A stretch of 64,000 nucleotides of DNA from an uncultured Verrucomicrobiota bacterium (GTDB lineage Bacteria > Verrucomicrobiota > Verrucomicrobiia > Opitutales > Seribacteraceae). Each line of letters begins with the position of its first letter. The stretch's first letter is position 1. The stretch lies in assembly GCA_902569115.1 (NCBI GenBank), contig CACFTI010000003.1, forward strand, positions 40,406 through 104,405. The letters run 5' to 3'. Position numbers and translations under genes: made by a program. Below, piece by piece: positions 57,596 through 64,000 of this stretch. The notes under the pieces are model-generated. The model did not search any database. It saw nothing but the letters and a program-made list of their open reading frames with translations, and had not been told where the DNA came from.

Positions 57596-58343
57596 CCTCC
57601 ACTAAAAAACTGATTTTCTTATTTCCAACTTTCATGAAGGGCGGAGGGAATGATGGCATTGCAGTTGCCCGTATGTGCCTGATTATTTTTTCATTGCTCC
57701 AGTTAGCCTCAATTTTCTTTATGATGTCGATTTCGCTTCGGTAGTGGATTTCTCTTCGGGTGGCACTCATTTGAATTTGCTCGACGGGCACCAACTTGCC
57801 AGAGACCAAGGATGGAAGCGACTCCTTGAACAGGGCGAAGGACTCTTTGAAGGTTAGATCGTAGAGCTCCTCCACAAAGCAGTCCTTGGGGATTTCAAAT
57901 CTTCTCTGAGCCAATATGGGGCCGTCATCAATTCCCTTCCTCATTTCGTGAAGAGTGGTTCCGAATTCCTCGTCTTGGTTGAGGATCGCGAAAGAAAATT
58001 GATTGCATCCGCGATATTCTGGAAGCGGGGCCATGTGAAGATTTACATTCATCTCCTTGGCTTTAAGCAGATGCTTCTCACTCAAGATCTTATGGTACTG
58101 AATCGAGAGGAGTATGTCTATGTCGTCAAGGTCGAGCAGATCGTCCAAGTCATCCAAAAAGGGTATGCCGGCAAGTGACGCAAGACTAGTAAAGGTTTCA
58201 TTGGAACCGGACTCCAAGATTCTGTTATTCGAGAGGACGCATGCAATTTCACATCCTAATAACGGTCCCTTTTCAATCAGGTGTTTCAGGCATAGGAGCC
58301 CAATTTGCTTGCTTCCCAGGAATGCTATTTTCTTCTTTGGCAC
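57588..58343 (-). CDS. Nucleotide-sugar N-formyltransferase
   Basis: NLHMAPLPEYRG, GTTLH, IDDGPI; GTG start at 58343. Confidence 0.85.
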   Translation of the reverse strand: MPKKKIAFLGSKQIGLLCLKHLIEKGPLLGCEIACVLSNNRILESGSNETFTSLASLAGIPFLDDLDDLLDLDDIDILLSIQYHKILSEKHLLKAKEMNVNLHMAPLPEYRGCNQFSFAILNQDEEFGTTLHEMRKGIDDGPILAQRRFEIPKDCFVEELYDLTFKESFALFKESLPSLVSGKLVPVEQIQMSATRREIHYRSEIDIIKKIEANWSNEKIIRHIRATAMPSFPPPFMKVGNKKISFLVEDA

Positions 58344-59335
58344 TAAAAGGATGATGCTCTCTCCAAGATACCTATGACCTTTAAGCTGTGAGAAGGACCA
58401 GACAAAGGTTCCTTTCCCTCGCGGATGCAATCAAGAAAGTGTTCAGCTTCCCGTCTCAAGGGTTCGCGGTAGTCGATCTTTGGAATCCAAACATCCCCTG
58501 ATCGATATCGAAAAGAAAGTTGGGGGGAGGAGTCGAAGTCCATGTCCTCGCCCAAGTTGGAAAATTTATCGATTCCCTTGTCGTAGACTGTGATCTTGTC
58601 TGCAGCCACATCATCATAAACGATCATCTTCTTGGATCCCACTATTACGAGCTTTCTTGTTTTCAGGGGATCGAGCCAGCTTACATGAATGTTGGCGAGG
58701 GTTTTACCATAACGAAGATTGAGGAAGACCACATCATCAATGCCATCTTGCACGAAATCCATGCCAAAGGAATTGACTGCGACGGGAGTTGGTTCTCCGA
58801 GAAGAAATTGAATGATACTAACATCATGAGGGGCAAAATTCCACAAAGCGTCGACATCAGCCCGGATTCTTCCCAGATTTAGCCTTTGGGAGTATAAATA
58901 CCTTATTTCTCCGAGGCTTCCGGCATCTATTTCTTTCTTGATGAACAAAACTGCATCGTTGTAAAGGAAAGTGTGTCCGGACATCAGGGTTAAACCCATA
59001 GTTCTAGCAATGTCAGAGAGTTCTTGAACTTCCGTAAGTTTTGTTGCCATCGGTTTTTCGACGAGAACGTGTTTGCCGGACAAGAGAGCTTGTCTCGCTT
59101 GCTCGAAATGGAGGTTTGCAGGCGTCGCGATGACAATGGCATCAATCTCAGGATTTTCCGTTATTTCTTCGAAACTTGAATCGGTGGTCACATCAGGAAA
59201 GGAGCTTTTCACGAAAGCACGGCGTTCCTCCGAGGGTTCCGCAACTGCAGTAAGTTCGCATTCCTCGATAGAATTGAAGTTGCGAATCAAGTTGGGACCC
59301 CAATATCCGCAACCGATCTGAGCGATTTTAATCAT
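58343..59335 (-). CDS. Gfo/Idh/MocA nucleotide-sugar dehydrogenase
   Basis: IGCGYWGPNLIRN, HVLVEKP, GHTFLY, APHD, VSWLDP.K.R. Confidence 0.9.
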   Translation of the reverse strand: MIKIAQIGCGYWGPNLIRNFNSIEECELTAVAEPSEERRAFVKSSFPDVTTDSSFEEITENPEIDAIVIATPANLHFEQARQALLSGKHVLVEKPMATKLTEVQELSDIARTMGLTLMSGHTFLYNDAVLFIKKEIDAGSLGEIRYLYSQRLNLGRIRADVDALWNFAPHDVSIIQFLLGEPTPVAVNSFGMDFVQDGIDDVVFLNLRYGKTLANIHVSWLDPLKTRKLVIVGSKKMIVYDDVAADKITVYDKGIDKFSNLGEDMDFDSSPQLSFRYRSGDVWIPKIDYREPLRREAEHFLDCIREGKEPLSGPSHSLKVIGILERASSF

Positions 59336-59475
59336 TCGAATCAGATTCGATTTAGGAATTTATTGTTGGTTGCGAATTGCAAGAGAAATTAAACTGAAAA
59401 TCTATTGGTATATTTGGGATAACTTTAAGTTTTAGTAGTAGGGTACACCAAAAAATAATCAAGAAAAACTAGTGC

Positions 59476-60633
59476 TTACAGATTTCCCCAAAACTTCTTC
59501 ATAGAGGAAACATGCTCGGATATATTGCTTCGTGGATGCTTTTTCCGTGATTTGATTTTGGACAACCCATTGAAAAGAGAGGTAAGAGATTCCTCGTCTC
59601 GAGCCTCGTACCGTAATACTATGTCTTTAAACTCTTCGAACTTGAGGAAGTGTTTGCTGAAGTCCTCTCCTTTGTCGGGAACGATTATTGGAATACCCGA
59701 AAAAACTGATTCGTAAACAGTACGCCCCAAGGCCAGATGCTCTTCGCCTCTAATGACATAGTCGGACGCATTGTAGACCTTGTTGATTTCCTTGGTTTCA
59801 CCGAAGTATATGATTCTTCCATCCTCCCGGGATCGCCTCTTGATGAATGTCATTGCATCTGCAGATGCTAAACCGACCAAGAGGAGTCTTAGATTTTTGT
59901 TGGATGATTTTATCACTGAATTGATTATGAAATCGTAACCCTTGATTGCGTCCAGCCTGCCGATGAAGGAAATCGTAATGCATGTCTTGGCATTATAGGG
60001 CAGAGAGGGAGGCTTGGCCGTTTCAACATTCCTCATGTCAAAAGGATTGAGGATCACGGACTTTTTCACACCCGTACTTGGGGGAGAGAAACCTAAGGTT
60101 GAATAATCGATGAATACCGCTCCTCTTAGAAGATTGAAAGAGTTTACGAATTTCCTTGAGGGACTTCTAACAATCTCTTCCCGTACATGCATGGAGACTG
60201 GAATGTTTGGGCCAAGTTTGGCGTAAATGTGTAAGACCGTGGAGCTCAAATGTATAATGTCGTAGTCGTTGCAAAACACATAGAATTTAAGCCAAGCCAA
60301 ATCAACTAACGAAAGGAACTTGGTTATGCTATCGTATACGCTTTTTCTTTTGGTAATATGATTGCTCACCGTATTGCACCACCAGTCTCTAAACATGGAT
60401 ATATGTATTATCTTCCTGATTTTACCTCTGAAGTCTTTTTTTAGTTTATCTTCATCTTGAAGATCGAAAAACTTTTTTCGTTTCACCACCTCATGAGTTC
60501 TCATGAGTCTTTTGGGTACGACTATGTCGATGACATAATCGTCGAGGTTGGAAAATAAGCTGACACTGCTTTTGTAGGCACCATAAAAGCTGATGTGATG
60601 ATGATATATAAAAAGTATTTTTTTATGATCCAT
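59476..60633 (-). CDS. GT4-like (GT-B) glycosyltransferase
   Basis: YGA..S, HVRE, FIGR....KG, E..ALGRTVYE (EX7E-like); ATG at 60633. Confidence 0.8.
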   Translation of the reverse strand: MDHKKILFIYHHHISFYGAYKSSVSLFSNLDDYVIDIVVPKRLMRTHEVVKRKKFFDLQDEDKLKKDFRGKIRKIIHISMFRDWWCNTVSNHITKRKSVYDSITKFLSLVDLAWLKFYVFCNDYDIIHLSSTVLHIYAKLGPNIPVSMHVREEIVRSPSRKFVNSFNLLRGAVFIDYSTLGFSPPSTGVKKSVILNPFDMRNVETAKPPSLPYNAKTCITISFIGRLDAIKGYDFIINSVIKSSNKNLRLLLVGLASADAMTFIKRRSREDGRIIYFGETKEINKVYNASDYVIRGEEHLALGRTVYESVFSGIPIIVPDKGEDFSKHFLKFEEFKDIVLRYEARDEESLTSLFNGLSKIKSRKKHPRSNISEHVSSMKKFWGNL

Positions 60634-60646
60634 AAATGAATCGATC

Positions 60647-62125
60647 TTAGTTCTTGAAGATTTCCTCCAAGGCGTTTCTCGGGAAATGACTAGAGGTCTC
60701 GATGTGGTTTCGCGTTGCAGGGACGAAACCTTGCCTAAGTGCTTGGTCAATGCTTGAAGACAGACTTTGCTCGCTCATTGAGAGAACGAAATGGCCTTCG
60801 GATATTTCTTTTTGGTAGAAGCTAGTAGCTCTTTGGTCGAAGAAGATGGTCGGGACCTCGAAGATGCTCGCTTCGCGGCAGGTCGTGGACCAACCCGTCA
60901 GGTGAAGATCCACCTTGGAGAGGAGGAATGGCATGGGCAGGGAATGAGGAGACATGGCAATGCAGTGGCCAAGGCCTTTAGCGTTTAGGTCTGCATTGGC
61001 TTTCTCAGTTGTAAAGTCCGACGAGTAAGGATGAAGCCGAAACAACCATCCCCAATCGTCCATTTCCCCAAGGCAATCAAACACGAATTCGGGAATCAGC
61101 TTCCAGTCATGACCACAAGTCACCAAGCCAATTTTGCCTCCAGATTCGGACTTGTCCGGAAGGCATTGATCAAACTCTTCCTCATACTTTTTGCACAGGA
61201 CTTCGGGAGTGATTTCTCTGAACTTCTTGAGGGATGGATTACCTCCCAAGACGGTGATCTTTTCACCCCTAAGCTCTGCGAGGCAAGAATTGTCCTCGAC
61301 GTCGCTTTGGGCTTCCTTGCCCCAAACCCAGAAGAGGTCGGGCAGGATCGGCGAACCACTGAGCTTTGGGTTGATCCAATGAGAATACATGCCGTGATGT
61401 GGTCCTTGGGTTCCGTGGGCCATGTCAATCACCTTGATTTTCCTCTTTCTGGCGGCGTATGTGAGCGCCATATGAATCGGATTGTAGAAATTATCCAAAA
61501 ATAAGAATTTTGGACGAACGGAATCCAGAAGCAGGTTCCAGGCATTGATGTGACTGAAGAAGGTCTTAACCATGGAAAGACCGACATATTCTTTTTTAAG
61601 AAGCTTATTGGCAATATCCCGCATGAACTCCAAGGTTTCCCAAATTTCGTCAAAATGAGGGAATCGATTGGTGTCGGACTCGTTGTTTTCCAATGTGAAT
61701 TCGATGGAGATGGGATCGTTTTCCAAGCCTGAGAATGTAGAGCGATGCCCGTCCTCGTGGATGTGGAAGTATTGGAAATCATGGTTGTTTTCATGGAGGT
61801 GACGAATGATCTCACCAAACCTGATGTCATAAAGTCGATCGTTCTTGGTCCTCCATTTGAAGTTGGCGAACTGGGAAAGAATAAAGATCGAGGCATTCGG
61901 GCAGCTTGAAATTCCTGATTCGCGGGCACCGAGCAAACGAGCCGAATGATCTCTGTATGAACTTGAAGCGGCTTGCTTGGGGGTAATGCCGTGCTGAAGG
62001 TTCCAGAAAAGTTCCAACCGGATCAAGGGCCAAAAGACAAAATGAGCGGGATCAATTCCACAGTTTTTTATTACCTCTTCTTCAACTGACAAAATTTGAT
62101 TCAAAATGTCCTTTAACTTAGACAT
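60647..62125 (-). CDS. Putative GT-B transferase (nonulosonate/sialyl-transferase-like)
   Basis: DMAHG, FWVWG, GNP, FRLHP and STT..EA motifs; located in a nonulosonic-acid cluster. Confidence 0.55.
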   Translation of the reverse strand: MSKLKDILNQILSVEEEVIKNCGIDPAHFVFWPLIRLELFWNLQHGITPKQAASSSYRDHSARLLGARESGISSCPNASIFILSQFANFKWRTKNDRLYDIRFGEIIRHLHENNHDFQYFHIHEDGHRSTFSGLENDPISIEFTLENNESDTNRFPHFDEIWETLEFMRDIANKLLKKEYVGLSMVKTFFSHINAWNLLLDSVRPKFLFLDNFYNPIHMALTYAARKRKIKVIDMAHGTQGPHHGMYSHWINPKLSGSPILPDLFWVWGKEAQSDVEDNSCLAELRGEKITVLGGNPSLKKFREITPEVLCKKYEEEFDQCLPDKSESGGKIGLVTCGHDWKLIPEFVFDCLGEMDDWGWLFRLHPYSSDFTTEKANADLNAKGLGHCIAMSPHSLPMPFLLSKVDLHLTGWSTTCREASIFEVPTIFFDQRATSFYQKEISEGHFVLSMSEQSLSSSIDQALRQGFVPATRNHIETSSHFPRNALEEIFKN

Positions 62126-62142
62126 TGCCTTTTGAAGAACTG

Positions 62143-63210
62143 CTAGGATTGCAGAAAATCATTGTACAGCGACATTTGGCCTACGTCTTGCCACGAATCA
62201 AAATTAATGGGGAAGACTCCTACCTTTTGGGAATCCTTGATGAGACCTTCGATCAGTTCAGTCGCATGGAATTCGCTGTCAGATGGAATTATGTCGAAAA
62301 CCGTCGGCTCGAAGATATACAAGCCCGAGTTGATGAGAATTTCTTGACTTGGTTTTTCCGTAATCTTGGCCAAGCTTCCGTCCTCGGCAAGTTCACAGGT
62401 GCCGTATGGTATGACGTGGTTTTTGGCGGATGCCGTGATGGTGGCCGCGTGTTGACCCTTTAGGTGATGCTGTTCCAAGTCATGCAAGTTCGCCGAGACT
62501 AGGATGTCGCAGTTCGTGACGAAGAAAGAACCCTTGATTTGATCTTTAGCCAAGGCAATCGAACCGATTGTTCCGAGGGGTTTTTCCTCCTCTAGGAAAC
62601 CCACGTTGTAGGTGGGATTCAACTCATCGAAATAGGCCTTGATCAACTTGGCCTTGTAGTTGACGGAAATCAGGAAGTCCCTGCAACCAAAGTCAGTGAA
62701 CTGCTTGATGATTCTTTCGATAAGGGTGGTTTCATGCCCGATGGGAACCAATGGTTTGGGCAGGAAATTGGTGAGCGGTTTCAGTCGCGATCCTTTTCCC
62801 CCTGCCATGATGACAACGGGCATGTGCGACAAGGATTCCTTGTTAGTCTGAGACAAACCAAGTCTTTGCCAGGTGACGAAGTCCGCAACGCATCCTTGGT
62901 CGTCGAGCACTGGAAGGAGCGCGAGTTTTTTCTCCCTCAGGATTTCCTTTGCCGTCTCAGGAGTGAAAGAACCTTGTGTCAGAACAGTTGGTTCTTTGCA
63001 GTAAATGGAAGAGATTGCCTCTGAAACCCCCATGCCTGAGAGAATGGCTCTTCTTATGTCGCCATCTGTCAATGTCCCCAGGAATCTGCAAGTTTCATCC
63101 GTCACCAAAAGGCATTTCTCAGCCGTTTTGTCCAAGGTGCTCATGGCTTCGCGGATTGATTCTAAAGGAGAAATGCTGATCGTCTTCATGTTAGGGCAAT
63201 TGGCTTCCAT
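62143..63210 (-). CDS. CBS-domain nucleotidyltransferase (PtmE/LegX-like)
   Basis: LTDGDIRRAIL CBS pair, MAGGKGSRLKPLT..PKPL, PLGT.G, NCD, W.DVG. Confidence 0.9.
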   Translation of the reverse strand: MEANCPNMKTISISPLESIREAMSTLDKTAEKCLLVTDETCRFLGTLTDGDIRRAILSGMGVSEAISSIYCKEPTVLTQGSFTPETAKEILREKKLALLPVLDDQGCVADFVTWQRLGLSQTNKESLSHMPVVIMAGGKGSRLKPLTNFLPKPLVPIGHETTLIERIIKQFTDFGCRDFLISVNYKAKLIKAYFDELNPTYNVGFLEEEKPLGTIGSIALAKDQIKGSFFVTNCDILVSANLHDLEQHHLKGQHAATITASAKNHVIPYGTCELAEDGSLAKITEKPSQEILINSGLYIFEPTVFDIIPSDSEFHATELIEGLIKDSQKVGVFPINFDSWQDVGQMSLYNDFLQS

Positions 63211-63263
63211 TTCGGAATGAGTTGTGTGTTGATGCGCGTGCCTTTGTTTTCTCTGCCATTTGC

Positions 63264-64000
63264 CTAGGAGAGGTCACGCGGGAAGTCATGGAATTGCTTC
63301 TTAAGAATCCCTGAGAGGTCAATTTGCTCAATTTTTTTGATGATGAGGTCACTTGCTCCACCTTTGTCATAGGGGTTTGTAACCGTCTCCAGTTTTTTTT
63401 GGAAGAGTGGTGAGTAAATTTCTTCGATCGCATTTCTGATCGAGTCCTTGTCACCAGAGCAGTCGATCACGCTTTCCGCCTGCACCCTGCCTTTTTGTCG
63501 GTCTCCTATATTGATCGTGGCCTTCTTGAAGGAAGGTGCCTCGAGCAGACCGCTTGATGAATTTCCAACTACGGCATCAACATGCTGCATGCACGAGAGA
63601 TAAAGTAATTGGCCGAGCGAGGAAAAGGCTACTGCATCGGCATGATCAGCAACGAATTCTTTGATCAATTCGCCCATCCTGCGATTGCCCGTATCCGCAT
63701 TCGGCATTGTGAAAATCAAGCCAGTGTCGCTCAGGGCCCTTAGTGCATCCAACATTTCCTGCATTTGCGACAAGGCCGAATCTTCGTCCAGTGTAACCGG
63801 GTGAAAAGTGACGAGAAGGTTTTTGGCTCCCAACTTAAATCCAATAGCATCCTCAAGATCTTCCTTGGTCAAAAGTTTGATTCGATTAATGTTGTCGATG
63901 CCAAGCCCCCCGACGCAGTGCACTTTGCCCGGGGATTCACCGAGTTGTATGACGCGTTCGCGGTATTCTTCGACTGCGACAAAGTGAATGTGAGACATTT
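63264..64000 (-). CDS. neuC: Hydrolysing UDP/GDP-N-acetylhexosamine 2-epimerase (NeuC/LegG), 5' truncated by the window edge
   Basis: SHIHF, QLGE.P, LVTFHPVT, PNAD, GNSSSGLLEAP, NIGDRQ.GR. Confidence 0.92.
   Translation of the reverse strand, partial: MSHIHFVAVEEYRERVIQLGESPGKVHCVGGLGIDNINRIKLLTKEDLEDAIGFKLGAKNLLVTFHPVTLDEDSALSQMQEMLDALRALSDTGLIFTMPNADTGNRRMGELIKEFVADHADAVAFSSLGQLLYLSCMQHVDAVVGNSSSGLLEAPSFKKATINIGDRQKGRVQAESVIDCSGDKDSIRNAIEEIYSPLFQKKLETVTNPYDKGGASDLIIKKIEQIDLSGILKKQFHDFPRDLS

Noticed and set aside
191-63454. Numerous 60-170 aa ORFs in the six-frame track overlapping called genes
   Set aside because: They lie antisense or out of frame within well-supported CDSs and lack recognisable motifs
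1-64000. CRISPR arrays, tRNA/rRNA, IS elements, integrases, prophage or defence systems
   Set aside because: Intergenic gaps are all under about 170 bp with no spaced repeats or cloverleaf motifs, and no ORF shows transposase, integrase, phage or defence signatures that I can recognise

Overview
Densely coding bacterial chromosome segment, most likely from a marine Verrucomicrobiota (Opitutales-like) organism. This is inferred from four Cys-type sulfatases, PVC-type PQQ-propeller, prenyltransferase-repeat and zincin proteins, a short HemA and a zinc-less DnaG. From left to right it carries: peptidase and sugar-acid genes, sufE, a sulfatase pair, a fatty-acid desaturase, a kinase-fold hypothetical, tesA-ybbA-ybbP, and a DUF2256/photolyase-family block. 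These are followed by a divergent ADP-ribosylhydrolase-family/HDAC pair, an outer-membrane biogenesis run (ydbH-ynbE-ydbL, lolC/E-lolD, gnnA-like, lpxB), a haem cluster (hemY-hemH-ccsA-hemA) and yciH/tatA/rpoD/dnaG. From about 52.8 kb to the end is a surface-glycan island (nonulosonic-acid pathway, formylated amino-sugar pathway, GT2-TPR enzymes). I found no rRNA, tRNA, CRISPR array or mobile element. Most notable observations: (1) a ferrochelatase resembling the animal/fungal mitochondrial [2Fe-2S] type in an ordinary bacterial haem cluster; (2) a repeated -35/17-18 bp/-10/6 bp/ATG layout implying leaderless mRNAs; (3) a small ynbE gene missed by the ORF track, completing an AsmA-like lipid-bridge operon; (4) an approximately 90-aa domain inserted in LolC/E; (5) a photolyase-family protein with a non-canonical FAD pocket. 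All family assignments come from motif recognition by eye; no database search was run.
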